Positions 47,717 through 57,319 of a DNA stretch of 64,000 nucleotides are shown piece by piece; within the stretch, counting starts at the first letter, position 1, and every line of letters begins with the position of its first letter. The position numbers were made by a program, and so were the translations under genes. The DNA comes from Candidatus Binatia bacterium (lineage in GTDB: Bacteria; Desulfobacterota; Binatia; Bin18). The stretch spans positions 320,001-384,000 of the forward strand of contig OY761159.2 in assembly GCA_963664395.2 (NCBI GenBank), in the 5' to 3' direction. Below the pieces are notes generated by a model, which worked only from the letters and a program-made list of their open reading frames with translations, ran no database searches and had not been told where the DNA came from.

Positions 47717-48889
47717 GTGCCTGAGTCTCCCTCCCCCTCGCAACGCCCGGAAGCCTTGTTCACACGAGATTTTATCCTGCTGTGTCTGGGGACCTTTTTG
47801 TTTGCCGGCAGCATGTTCCTGCTCTTTGCCGTCCTGCCCGTCTTTGTGGTTGAGGAACTGCACGGCGCAGACTCCCAAGTCGGTCTGATCATGGGCGCAT
47901 TCGCCCTCTCCGCCCTGCTCGTGCGTCCCATGACCGGACGCTTGGTTGACCAGTGGAGCCGAAAGACCCTTCTCAGTATTGGCGCCCTCATCTACTGTCT
48001 GGCCCCGGCGCTGTATACCCAGGTCGAGTCAGTCCCGGTCATGCTGGGTCTGCGTCTTTTTCACGGCTTGGGGATAGCCGCCTATACCACCGCCGCCGGG
48101 GTCATCGTTGCGGATCTTGCACCGCCGAGTCGTCGCGGAGAGGGGATGGGCTATTATGGCATGTCCCTGAACCTGGCCATGACCATTGGCCCGGCATTGG
48201 GGGTCATGCTCATCGGCTCCATCGGGTATAACGCCCTCTTCTGGCTGTGTGCGGCCCTCGCACTCGGCAGTCTTGTCCTTTCCCAACTTATCCAGGAGCC
48301 GGCGCGTGCGCCCCAGGTGGGCACCCCATCACGCCAATGGGTGAGCCGTACCGCTCTCTTTCCCGGCTTTATTGCCGTCTGCATGACGTTCACCTTCGGC
48401 GCAGTTGTCTCCTTTCTCCCGCTCTTTGTAAAAGCCTCCAATCTTGGCAATCCAGGAATATACTTTAGCGTGTATTCCATTGTGGTCGTGGTCTCACGCC
48501 CCTTTGCCGGCCGTCTGTCCGACCGCTTTGGCCGAGCAGCCGTGATTGTTCCCGGCCTGGGATGCCTTGCGGTCGCGATGATTGTGCTCGCGTTTTCCTC
48601 AACTCTGCCTGGCATACTGATTGCCGCCGCATTACAAGGATTAGGATTTGGAGGGGTTCAGCCGTCCATCATGGCCCTCGTTGTTGATCGCAGCCCCACG
48701 CACGAGCGCGGGGCTGCGCTCGCCACTCTGATGGGAGCGTTTGATGTTGGGGTGGGGTTGAGCAGCATCCTTCTGGGTGCGGTACTCGAATACACAGATT
48801 TTACGGTGATGTTTTTATGCGCGGGCGGGGTGGCGCTCGTCGGCGCAATTGGAGCCGCGTGGGGGACGCGAGAAAGGTCGCAAGGCTGA
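47717..48889 (+). CDS. MFS transporter
   Basis: About 12 TM helices; GRLVDQWSRK and GRLSDRFGR motif A. TTGCTC-N17-TAGACT lies 8 nt before the GTG, so possibly leaderless. Confidence 0.92.
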   Translation: MPESPSPSQRPEALFTRDFILLCLGTFLFAGSMFLLFAVLPVFVVEELHGADSQVGLIMGAFALSALLVRPMTGRLVDQWSRKTLLSIGALIYCLAPALYTQVESVPVMLGLRLFHGLGIAAYTTAAGVIVADLAPPSRRGEGMGYYGMSLNLAMTIGPALGVMLIGSIGYNALFWLCAALALGSLVLSQLIQEPARAPQVGTPSRQWVSRTALFPGFIAVCMTFTFGAVVSFLPLFVKASNLGNPGIYFSVYSIVVVVSRPFAGRLSDRFGRAAVIVPGLGCLAVAMIVLAFSSTLPGILIAAALQGLGFGGVQPSIMALVVDRSPTHERGAALATLMGAFDVGVGLSSILLGAVLEYTDFTVMFLCAGGVALVGAIGAAWGTRERSQG

Positions 48890-49058
48890 AACATTCCTCT
48901 CTGAAACCAGCCGCCTGCACCTCTCGACCTGAATCCGTTTTCACCTTGTGCTCCCAAAGCTCTATACGGTTATGTATCCTTGCCGCAGTACGAGGGCTCG
49001 GTTAGGCTGACGGCAAGAGAAACGGTATAGAAAATCAGACCTGGAGGAAACTGTATCC

Positions 49059-50417
49059 ATGCGCAAGACGGCTTTTCCCATACTTATTTGTGGCGCACTC
49101 GTTGCGCTCACGCTCAGCCTCGTGTCCACGACCCAAGTCCACTCGCAGGGCCAGGGTCTGCCAACGCGGGAAGATATCCAACAATGGATTGCCATGAATC
49201 TTGATACGCTGCCTCAATTCAAAGAAGGCGATGTTCTGAGACAGGCCGACCTGGAGAAGCTGCGGCCCTTCTTGCCGCCGCGCTATATTGACGAGTTTGA
49301 TTTTCCTGAAGTCGAGTTTCATGTCGCGCCAACGGGCCATTACCCCCCTCACCCCGACTATCTGGCTGCGACCGAGCAATACTCAAATCAAACCCGCCTG
49401 GCAGGCGACGGGGCGCTGGAGAACTATATTGCCGGGCGACCATTTGCCCAAGCGCTGGTCAATCCGGACGATCCGACCGCGGGCATCAAAGCAGCCTGGA
49501 ATTTCAACTACCGCTGGCAATACTACGGCATGCACGTCGAGCGGTACTTAGGCGCGCTGATTGCGAAAGGCCGTAAGGCATCCAAGCTGCCGGGCTTCCC
49601 GGACGATCTCATCCAAGGCGGCGGACGAGCCATTCGGCACCTCGTGGCACTCTATCAACGCGTGTATCACAACCACCTTGCCCATCTGTCGGCCAAAGGC
49701 CATATCTTTCCCCTGGATGATGCCGGGCGGTTTGAATACAAAGACTATGTGGAATTTTCGGAGCCGTACGATGTACGCGGACAGCGTTTCATGGTCTACC
49801 GGTACGACGACGCCCGCAAACAGGACGACGCCTGGGGGTTCATTCCGGCGCTGCGCAAGGTGCGCCGGCTGTCCCTCCACGAACGGGACGATTCCATCGG
49901 CGGCACCGAGATGACGCTGGATGACTTCAGCGGCTTCTCCGGGCGGGTGCTGGATCACAGTTGGCGCTTTCTGGGCTGGAAACCCATCTTGCACGTGATG
50001 AATTCCCAACATCCGTATGCACGCTTCTATGGCCCCCATGGCTGGCTGCCCAACGACCGCTGGGAGCTGCGTTTGTGCGCGGTTGTTGAACAAACGCCCA
50101 TCAACAACCGCAACTATAGTAGTAAAATCTATTTTTGGGATGCCGAGACCTATGAGGCGGCCCTGGTGCTCATCTTTGATATGGACGGCAAGCTGTGGAA
50201 GGTCAGCGACCTTTTACACGGCTGGTCCGAAGACCCGAGTCAGGCCGAGTCAGACCGCGGCAAACAGGTCCCGCGCAATATCGGCTTTACGATTGTTGAT
50301 GTCAAACAAGAGCAAGCCACGATCTTCTCCGCCTACACGATTGAGTATCCCACAGTGGATGTCGAACACGTCGAAGAGCGCTATGACGTGAACAAATTGA
50401 GCGAGGGAAGTCGGTAA
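49059..50417 (+). CDS. DUF1329 family periplasmic protein (second, stand-alone copy)
   Basis: Signal peptide; GRPF, AAWN, PYDVRG, WGFIPALRKVRR, DDFSGFSG and DMDGKLWK motifs. Confidence 0.88.
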   Translation: MRKTAFPILICGALVALTLSLVSTTQVHSQGQGLPTREDIQQWIAMNLDTLPQFKEGDVLRQADLEKLRPFLPPRYIDEFDFPEVEFHVAPTGHYPPHPDYLAATEQYSNQTRLAGDGALENYIAGRPFAQALVNPDDPTAGIKAAWNFNYRWQYYGMHVERYLGALIAKGRKASKLPGFPDDLIQGGGRAIRHLVALYQRVYHNHLAHLSAKGHIFPLDDAGRFEYKDYVEFSEPYDVRGQRFMVYRYDDARKQDDAWGFIPALRKVRRLSLHERDDSIGGTEMTLDDFSGFSGRVLDHSWRFLGWKPILHVMNSQHPYARFYGPHGWLPNDRWELRLCAVVEQTPINNRNYSSKIYFWDAETYEAALVLIFDMDGKLWKVSDLLHGWSEDPSQAESDRGKQVPRNIGFTIVDVKQEQATIFSAYTIEYPTVDVEHVEERYDVNKLSEGSR

Positions 50418-50444
50418 ATCGCTCGTCACCGGGACGGAAGTTCG

Positions 50445-50457
50445 GTAGGTCGGATTA
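50445..50457 (+). repeat. REP half-site (left)
   Basis: GTAGGTCGGATTA, inverted relative to 50984-50996. Confidence 0.55.
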
Positions 50458-50501
50458 TTGGAAAGGGCGGATCATCATTCGTCCACCTTCGTTGTTCCAA
50501 C

Positions 50502-50768
50502 TCAGGCCGCGTCGACCTTTTCAGACAACCAGACCTTGATGAGCGACTGGTAGGGGACGTCGCGCTTGTTGGCGGCCATTTTAATCCGTTCCAACAGATC
50601 CAGCGGGAGCCGCAGAGAAATCGCTTTGGTCGTCGGCTTGAGATTGGGGAGCCGCACCCGCTCGGCCCGACTCCAGTCTACGTAGTCGGTCGAGTCATGG
50701 CTTTCCCAAAAGGCGCGTTCCTCCGCTTCATTCTTAAAGGCGGGTACGGGTTTGAGTTTCCTGCTCAT
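50502..50768 (-). CDS. BrnA/CopG-like antitoxin
   Basis: P.FKNEAEERAFWESHDSTDY and ISLRLP..IK..ANKRDVPYQSLIK motifs. Confidence 0.88.
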   Translation of the reverse strand: MSRKLKPVPAFKNEAEERAFWESHDSTDYVDWSRAERVRLPNLKPTTKAISLRLPLDLLERIKMAANKRDVPYQSLIKVWLSEKVDAA

Positions 50769-50829
50769 AGCGCCCTCGCTCCTTACGGCTCATCTCCCGG
50801 GCGGAGATGATGCGAATCAGGGTGTTATC
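50734..50829 (-). pseudogene. brnT: 3' remnant of a BrnT family toxin
   Basis: DNTLIRIISAREMSRKERGRYEQ..* overlapping the antitoxin start; preceded by an in-frame TAG, 5' part missing. Confidence 0.8.
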
Positions 50830-50833
50830 CTAG

Positions 50834-50986
50834 GGAATACTAGCAGAGTTGCGCTCCGAGATGCGCAGTGAGATCGTTGCTGTCAAAGACACTATGCTCA
50901 CCAAAGGCACGTTCTTTACCGGCCGCGGCATGGTCTCCGCCATTATTGTCGCCTTCCTGGTCTACATCGTTTCCAACCTCGGCTAA
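50834..50986 (+). pseudogene. Fragment (or 41-aa small protein from ATG 50861) with a coiled-coil-like part and a C-terminal TM helix
   Basis: GILAELRSEMRSEIVAVKDTMLTKGTFFTGRGMVSAIIVAFLVYIVSNLG*; not in the ORF track. Confidence 0.45.
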
Positions 50987-50996
50987 CCCGACCTAC
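50980..50996 (-). repeat. REP half-site (right)
   Basis: CGGCTAACCCGACCTAC, identical to 22418-22434. Confidence 0.7.
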
Positions 50997-51056
50997 GGAA
51001 GGTGCCTGAATAATGCTGCCGTATACGCTGCCGAATCGAGTGAGAGGACGGGCTAA

Positions 51057-52256
51057 TCAGACCACCCCATTCGCGCGTAACCGTGCGACCTCTTGCGCCG
51101 AATAGCCGAGCAGACTCGTCAGAACCTCATCCGTATGCTCTCCCAATAAGGGCGGCGGGAGACGGAACTCGACCGGGGTGGCAGAGAGTTTGAGCGGCGA
51201 GCCGACAAGCTGCACCTCCCCCGCGGTGGGGTGCGGCATGGACACGCGCATGTCACGCGCAAGCACCTGTTCATCTGCAAAGACTTCATCAATGGATTGA
51301 ATGGGCCCACAGGCAATACCCGCGGCGCGAATTTTCCGCAGCCAGCCGTGTACCGTATCCGCGCCAAACACGTCTTGGAGGAGAGGAATGAGGATGGCCC
51401 GGTTTTGCACTCGGGCGGGGTTGGTTGAAAACCGTTCGTCAGCCACGAGCGCAGGCTGTTCAATGAGCTGACACAGTTTTTGCCATTGTCTATCGTTCCC
51501 AACGGCCAGACAAAAATATCCATCTGTGGCTTGAAATGACTGATAGGGCACAATCGACGGATGGGCGTTGCCATAGCGACCAGGTTGCTTGCCGGACACT
51601 AAATAATTACTGGCGACGTTGGCCAGCCACGCGACCTGAGTATCCAGGAGAGAGATGTCGATCGCCTGCCCTTGGCCCGTTTTCGTTCGGGCAAGCAAGG
51701 CAGCCTGAATGGCGTTAGCGGCGAACAAACCGGCAGTGATATCGGTAATGGCAACTCCAACTTTCATGGGCTCGCCATCCGCCTCGCCGGTGATGCTCAT
51801 CACCCCACCCCGGCCCTGAATAATAAAATCGTATCCGGGCAGGTCTCTGTCCGGTCCGGTTTGGCCGTAGCCAGTGATAGAACAATAGACGAGCCCTGCA
51901 TTCTCCTGCGTGAGCTGTTCATACCCCAGCCCCAGCGACGCCATCTCACCGGATTTGAAATTTTCAATGAGGACATCGCTGACTTGGGCGAGACGCCGGA
52001 TGAGCTGCTTTCCGGCCTCGGATTTGAGATTGGCGCTCATACTTTTTTTATTGCGATTGGCACACAAATAATACGCGCTCTCACCGCCGGCAAACGGCGG
52101 GCCCCAGGCGCGGGTATCATCCCCACTCCCCGGTCGTTCGACTTTGATCACTTCCGCGCCAAGGTCCCCGAGCGTCATGGCGCAGAACGGCCCGGCTAAG
52201 ATGCGCGAAAGATCAAGGACCCGGAAGCCTGCCAATGCTTGCGTCGGTTGCGTCAT
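51057..52256 (-). CDS. CaiB/BaiF family III CoA-transferase
   Basis: RVLDLSRILAGP, LGAEVIKVE, NRNKKS and SITGYGQTGP motifs. Confidence 0.93.
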   Translation of the reverse strand: MTQPTQALAGFRVLDLSRILAGPFCAMTLGDLGAEVIKVERPGSGDDTRAWGPPFAGGESAYYLCANRNKKSMSANLKSEAGKQLIRRLAQVSDVLIENFKSGEMASLGLGYEQLTQENAGLVYCSITGYGQTGPDRDLPGYDFIIQGRGGVMSITGEADGEPMKVGVAITDITAGLFAANAIQAALLARTKTGQGQAIDISLLDTQVAWLANVASNYLVSGKQPGRYGNAHPSIVPYQSFQATDGYFCLAVGNDRQWQKLCQLIEQPALVADERFSTNPARVQNRAILIPLLQDVFGADTVHGWLRKIRAAGIACGPIQSIDEVFADEQVLARDMRVSMPHPTAGEVQLVGSPLKLSATPVEFRLPPPLLGEHTDEVLTSLLGYSAQEVARLRANGVV

Positions 52257-52456
52257 GCGTATTGCTCCAGTGGAATATGCGCAAATACAATTGCTACGTA
52301 ATACCCCTTTTGTCTTATCCCCTCACCCTACCCGTTTTCCGAAACGTTCATACAACCCGGAAGAATGTGATATAGATTGAAGGTCTGCTGTCTGTTCGGT
52401 AAATGTGGAGAAGAGACAGCTGACAGGTTCCGGTGGATGAGGAGGAGAGGTTGCAG

Positions 52457-52666
52457 ATGAAGGGAACTTTTATTTATCAGTGTCAAGAATGTAATGAGTT
52501 ACTCACCAGCGTTCCCAAGGGGATTTGTACTCACTGTGGTTCACAAACCACATTCCCTTTAGGTTGGTATCGGTTGTCCCCGGATGAACGAAGAAGCTGG
52601 CTTGATCGTATTCAGGGCCGGTCCCGCGGAGAGCCTATCGAAAAGACTGCACAGATTGCGGAATAG
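52457..52666 (+). CDS. Small zinc-ribbon protein
   Basis: CQEC..CTHC pairs; GGAGAGG RBS before the ATG at 52457. Confidence 0.65.
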   Translation: MKGTFIYQCQECNELLTSVPKGICTHCGSQTTFPLGWYRLSPDERRSWLDRIQGRSRGEPIEKTAQIAE

Positions 52667-52673
52667 CGGCTGC

Positions 52674-55310
52674 TCAGGCCGTTCCGGTTTTCTCTATCAA
52701 CTGCTGGTGTATATCCTGGCCGTTGACGCTTTTCTCGGCAATAATGAATAGTCCCTGACCGGCGCCTTTGTGTTCCCACAGCTCGCCAATCGTCCGCTTC
52801 TCCGCGGCATCCGTTCCATCAGCGATATGCGCACCCTTGTACTCAACAACGAGCAGCCGCCCGTCGTTCAGCAATGACACAAAGTCAGGGTAAAACTTAT
52901 CCGTGGCGGTGGGCAACCAGAACGAAGCCGGGTGGCGGGCCACATTGCGAACCCAGTATTTCACGCCGGGCAGACTGTCGAGAGCCTGAGCGCAACGCAC
53001 TTCCTCTCCGTCGTCCACGCCGTCGAAGACTGGAACGTGGTCCGGGCCTAAAAAGTGCTTTCCCGGCTTCCAACGTCCTCGGTAACGCCGCTGGTCCTGA
53101 TACATCCCGGCCTTGAATGAGAAAGCGTCGTCGAAGGATATTTCGACTTTTGCCTCGGGCGCAAAAAGACGCTGCTGATAGACGCTCTTCCGTTCTTGCC
53201 GGCGAATGGCACTAATCTTGTCTCGTATCTTCCGCGCCAGGATAAACTTGCAGCGCATGAGCGCAGTAATATGCAGGCCACGCGCATTGAGCAGATGAGT
53301 GACAAGGACGGAAAGCCAGTTAAGCAATTCACTCTGTCCGATGTCGGCTTGGCGCACCTGCCGGTCAAGCCACAGGATCAGGGCTTTAGGTGTCCAGCCT
53401 GCTACGCCTACGTTCAGCGTGAGTTGTTCCTTCTCGCCAGCGAACTGATAGGTGACGCGCCTGCCGTCAATGTCGATCTCAAAGCTGCGCGCTGTTTCAC
53501 GGACCGTGAATTCGTGCTCGTCCAAGTGCGACGAGTGGTTGAGCAGCGACCAATCATGATCTTCCATGAACACGTCGGTATCAGCAAACTCAAGCTCTCC
53601 CTGGAGTTTCGCCATGAGACGCGGCACGTCGAACTTCTCGCCACGTTCGGCGGGCGATAGCCGGTCCTTCGTCTTCATCCGGTGTGTCTCGACAGCCCAG
53701 GTAAAACCCTTGCGTTCACTCTCTGGAAGAGCCACACGGATAGCCTCTTCCAAATCATCATCAACGCGGCCAGCGACAGCGATCTCGACTTTGCCATCCT
53801 CCGTCTTTTGGACCGTGACGCCTTCACGCTTCTGAAGTGCTGAAATCACTTCAGACGTCGCGGTGACGGTGTGCTTGAAGACCAGCTTCGGCTTGTCGCG
53901 CGGACCGAAAAGACCGTCCTCACCGCCCAACTCTCCCTGTACCTGCTCAATGTTGTCACGCGCCTCGTCTTCCTCGAACCCCATCGCAACGAGCTTATCG
54001 GTCAATGTCCGCGCCGCCTCGCCCGAGGACGGCTCGGACAAGTAGGTATACGCCTTGTTCAACTCAGCAACTTTGCGCCGCTTGGCGTAAGGCATACGCA
54101 GCACGCGGCCCAGGAGTTGTTCTACGTCTGTTGCGCTGTGAATGCGCGAGACCGAGCAAAACACATAGGCGAAGGAACAGTCCCAGCCTTCTTTCAGGGC
54201 TTCTACTGTGATGACGTATTCAATCGGACAACGTGGGTCGAACAGATCGATACCGTCCAGCTCCCGCTGGTCGCCGGTGGCAACGGCGATTGAGCTTTCA
54301 GGAATATGCTCGACATCCGTCAGATGTTTTTTTAGCGCTTCGACCGTGATTTCCTGGTTCTTCTTTTGAGCCTGGAACAGAACGATGGGTCGGAGGTAGT
54401 CGGCGTCCCTTTTGGCGGCTTCGGCCAGCGACGCTCGTTTCGCAATCGCGCCGTTGACCGCGTTCTGCCAGGTGTCGTGCTCAGACAGCATGATTGGCAG
54501 TTTGATCATATCCTCGCGTTTGAGTTCCTGGGCGGTGACGCTGTATAGAATATTCGACTTGGGCCGGGGTGTGGCGGTGAACTCGACAATCGCGCACGGG
54601 TTGACCCGTGTTTGCATCTCGCGCGTCAGACCGGTCACCGCGTTGTGCGCTTCATCCACGATCATCAGTGGTCGGTGAATATGCAGCAGATTGGCGAAGG
54701 AGAATTTGACCCCGCCACCCTCCAGCTTCTCCAGACCCGGCCCAGTGTCCGGGACAGCGGAGAAGTGCGGTTCCATCTCTTCGTGGTGGGCGTACACCTT
54801 GCGGCCTTCGGTGTTCGTCACCCGCAGCGTCTGAATGGTGCCGACTACAATGCAACAGTGGTCGCGCAGGTCGTGCGGCCGAATGTGGGTAAAGTCAGCA
54901 ATATCGAATACGCGCACCCGACCGTCAAAGTCTTCATCCAGGACCTGCCGATACGGGTGGCCGGCGTTCTTCAACGCTTCGACTGTTTGCGAACGGATAG
55001 TCTTTGTCGGCACCAGCCACAGGACCAGCGGATAGTCTTTCTCTACCCAGGCATCGCGCGCCACGGTAACGGAGTGAGCCCCCAGAATCGTTTTGCCACC
55101 GCCGGTCGGCAGGCGCAGGCAGACATACGGTACGTTCGGCAGGTCCGCGAGCGGGGCGCTATACCTTCCGCCATAGCGTCCAAGTCGGTCCGCATATTCG
55201 GGTTCCTTGGTAATGGTTTCGTAGGCGTTCTTCGGCCCGGCCATGCGGGCTTCTTCAAAGAAGCGGCGCAGAACAGCCAGCGTATCGGCCTGATATTGCT
55301 TGAGTTGCAT
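52674..55310 (-). CDS. res: Type III restriction endonuclease Res subunit (SF2 helicase plus PD-(D/E)xK nuclease)
   Basis: LPTGGGKT, DEAH, ALKEGWD, QLLGRVLR and C-terminal FYPDF..VVEYKG motifs; downstream of mod. Confidence 0.88.
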   Translation of the reverse strand: MQLKQYQADTLAVLRRFFEEARMAGPKNAYETITKEPEYADRLGRYGGRYSAPLADLPNVPYVCLRLPTGGGKTILGAHSVTVARDAWVEKDYPLVLWLVPTKTIRSQTVEALKNAGHPYRQVLDEDFDGRVRVFDIADFTHIRPHDLRDHCCIVVGTIQTLRVTNTEGRKVYAHHEEMEPHFSAVPDTGPGLEKLEGGGVKFSFANLLHIHRPLMIVDEAHNAVTGLTREMQTRVNPCAIVEFTATPRPKSNILYSVTAQELKREDMIKLPIMLSEHDTWQNAVNGAIAKRASLAEAAKRDADYLRPIVLFQAQKKNQEITVEALKKHLTDVEHIPESSIAVATGDQRELDGIDLFDPRCPIEYVITVEALKEGWDCSFAYVFCSVSRIHSATDVEQLLGRVLRMPYAKRRKVAELNKAYTYLSEPSSGEAARTLTDKLVAMGFEEDEARDNIEQVQGELGGEDGLFGPRDKPKLVFKHTVTATSEVISALQKREGVTVQKTEDGKVEIAVAGRVDDDLEEAIRVALPESERKGFTWAVETHRMKTKDRLSPAERGEKFDVPRLMAKLQGELEFADTDVFMEDHDWSLLNHSSHLDEHEFTVRETARSFEIDIDGRRVTYQFAGEKEQLTLNVGVAGWTPKALILWLDRQVRQADIGQSELLNWLSVLVTHLLNARGLHITALMRCKFILARKIRDKISAIRRQERKSVYQQRLFAPEAKVEISFDDAFSFKAGMYQDQRRYRGRWKPGKHFLGPDHVPVFDGVDDGEEVRCAQALDSLPGVKYWVRNVARHPASFWLPTATDKFYPDFVSLLNDGRLLVVEYKGAHIADGTDAAEKRTIGELWEHKGAGQGLFIIAEKSVNGQDIHQQLIEKTGTA

Positions 55311-55325
55311 GACACGTCTTCCCCG

Positions 55326-55528
55326 GTCATCCTGAGCCCTTCGACCGTGCTCAGGACAGGCGTAGCGCAGCCCTCCCGTTCATCCTTCGACTTCGCTCCG
55401 CTACGCTCAGGACGAACGGAGGACCGTCGGTCCTGAGCGTAAGGCGCAACGCGCCTGAAGTCGAAGGGCCTGTCCCGAGCCGCGAGTCGAAGGGCGTCCA
55501 GGATGAACGGGGAGTATCTCGAAGGATT
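55326..55528. repeat. Block of nested inverted repeats (REP/MITE-like)
   Basis: CCCTTCGAC..GCTCAGGACAGGC pairs with GCCTGTCCCGAGC..GTCGAAGGG; CCCGTTCATCC with GGATGAACGGG; CCTTCGACTTC..ACGCTCAGGAC with GTCCTGAGCGT..GAAGTCGAAGG. Confidence 0.8.
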
Positions 55529-55541
55529 TGCTACTGTCCTC

Positions 55542-55709
55542 TCAAGTACGATGGTTCACCATGATGATTTCAGGCGCTACGTCCAACATGATTGCTTCGA
55601 ATTCATCCAGGGTGGCCGCCTCGATATGCAAGCCCTCAATATCGCTTTGGGAGTAGAATACTTCTGCCTCAGCGTCCCACACGGCTTTCACTCGAAAGGT
55701 CTGTTGCAT
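55542..55709 (-). CDS. DUF1902 (HicB-like) small protein
   Basis: FRVKAVWDAEAEVFYSQSDIEGLHIEAATLDEF..PEII..N; AGGAGG RBS. Confidence 0.75.
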   Translation of the reverse strand: MQQTFRVKAVWDAEAEVFYSQSDIEGLHIEAATLDEFEAIMLDVAPEIIMVNHRT

Positions 55710-55777
55710 TCCGATATCCTCCTGTGGAGTCATGATCTGACAATCAGGTACGAATTGTCCGTACTCTCGTCAACCAA

Positions 55778-57319
55778 TCAGGCTCTTGCCTTCACATCAT
55801 ACGGCATCTGCTTAAACACAATACCCGCCCGCTCCAAAGTCGCAGAGGCCAGGCGCGACTGTTCACCGTAGACTGTCAGCCGACCTTTGAAATGCCCATA
55901 ATTTCGCTCAATCTCCTCCCGAATCGTAGAGAGTGTGGCCCGCGTCAGTACGTTGCCACCATTCGGTCGCTTGTCGCCCAGAATGCCATTGTACAGCAGC
56001 GCGTAAGCCTGCCCGTCGTGCAGACCCAGAAAGGGTGAATCCCCGTTCCCGTTCCACGGCCGCACGGTCTCGCTGAACCAGACATGGGCAGCCAGCACCG
56101 GAAAGCGAATGTCCGCCCGAATCTGCCCTGCCGCATCAAACACCGGCGGCCCGAGCCGGTAGAAACGGAACCCACCCCCGCCCTGCCAGCCCACGCTTTT
56201 CGAGATGCCGCCCTGCTCGCCGTCAATCACCTTACGCAAGCGGGGCACGCAATGCGTGACCGCGTGCTCACCCATCTCAATACCGATGTAGCGCCGGCCC
56301 ATCTTATGCGCGACCGCCGCCGTGGTGCCGGAGCCGAGGAAGGAGTCAAGGACGAGGTCGTCGGGGTTGGTGGCGATGTGGAGGATACGTTGAAGGAGGC
56401 GTTCGGGTTTGGGGGTGTCGAAAACATCTGATTTTCCAAACAGTTCAATTATTTCCCGCTTTGCTTCTTGAGTATTGCCTACTTCTTCATTTGGCCACCA
56501 TGTCCACGATTGTCTACCGGTCGTTTCCGACAAGTAGTTTTTTCTTCGAGGAACGCCTTTCCCGTCTTTTCCAAACCAAAATCTTCCTTCCTGAACCTGC
56601 TTTAGAAAAACGCTTTCTACATTTTTCCAACAGGAACCTTCTGGAGGATAATACTCTGCTCCACCTGGAGTTGTAATTTTATACATCTGGTTTGGCCGAT
56701 AGCCCTGCGCGCTAAAGTCCCTTGAAACCCATCTTCCACGTGGGTCATTATCGGGATTTTTGTATTCCTTTTGTTGACGCTCGCTAAGTGGAAGCAAATT
56801 TGCTCTTTCACGGAACAGGATGCCATTCCTCGAATAAACCAGAACATTCTCGTGACCGTCACCAAGAACTGCTCGAAAATCCGGCGAGGTTCTCTTTTGC
56901 CAAACAACGTTCGCTATGAAATTTGCTCGTCCGAATACCTCATCCATGATAACCTTGAGATAGTGGACTTCGTTATCGTCAATCGACACCCAGATTGAAC
57001 CGTCTTCGGCCAATAGCTCGCGCAATAGTTCCAGGCGCGGCCACATCATCGCCAGCCATTGCGTGTGTTCCAGACTGTCGTCGTAATGCTCGAAGGCAGA
57101 GTGCGTGTTGTACGGCGGGTCGATATAGATGCACTTCACCCGTCCGGCGTAGAACGGCAGCAATGCCTTGAGCGCTTCCAGGTTGTCGCCCTGAATTAGC
57201 ATGTTACCCGTGTCCGGCTCCCCCGCCGACAGGTCGGGCGCTTCTTCCAACAGCCGATACGGCACACGGGAGGCGGTGCGGAGGTCTTCGTCTCGGGTCA
57301 GCCAGTGGAGGGTGGGCAT
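55778..57319 (-). CDS. mod: Type III R-M Mod subunit (amino-DNA methyltransferase, beta class)
   Basis: NMLIQGDNLEALK, YIDPPYN, TPKPERLL and LDSFLGSGTT motifs. Confidence 0.92.
   Translation of the reverse strand: MPTLHWLTRDEDLRTASRVPYRLLEEAPDLSAGEPDTGNMLIQGDNLEALKALLPFYAGRVKCIYIDPPYNTHSAFEHYDDSLEHTQWLAMMWPRLELLRELLAEDGSIWVSIDDNEVHYLKVIMDEVFGRANFIANVVWQKRTSPDFRAVLGDGHENVLVYSRNGILFRERANLLPLSERQQKEYKNPDNDPRGRWVSRDFSAQGYRPNQMYKITTPGGAEYYPPEGSCWKNVESVFLKQVQEGRFWFGKDGKGVPRRKNYLSETTGRQSWTWWPNEEVGNTQEAKREIIELFGKSDVFDTPKPERLLQRILHIATNPDDLVLDSFLGSGTTAAVAHKMGRRYIGIEMGEHAVTHCVPRLRKVIDGEQGGISKSVGWQGGGGFRFYRLGPPVFDAAGQIRADIRFPVLAAHVWFSETVRPWNGNGDSPFLGLHDGQAYALLYNGILGDKRPNGGNVLTRATLSTIREEIERNYGHFKGRLTVYGEQSRLASATLERAGIVFKQMPYDVKARA

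Noticed and set aside
55326-55528. tRNA, riboswitch or complete IS
   Set aside because: No cloverleaf or recognisable aptamer motifs and no transposase; it is made of inverted repeat units.
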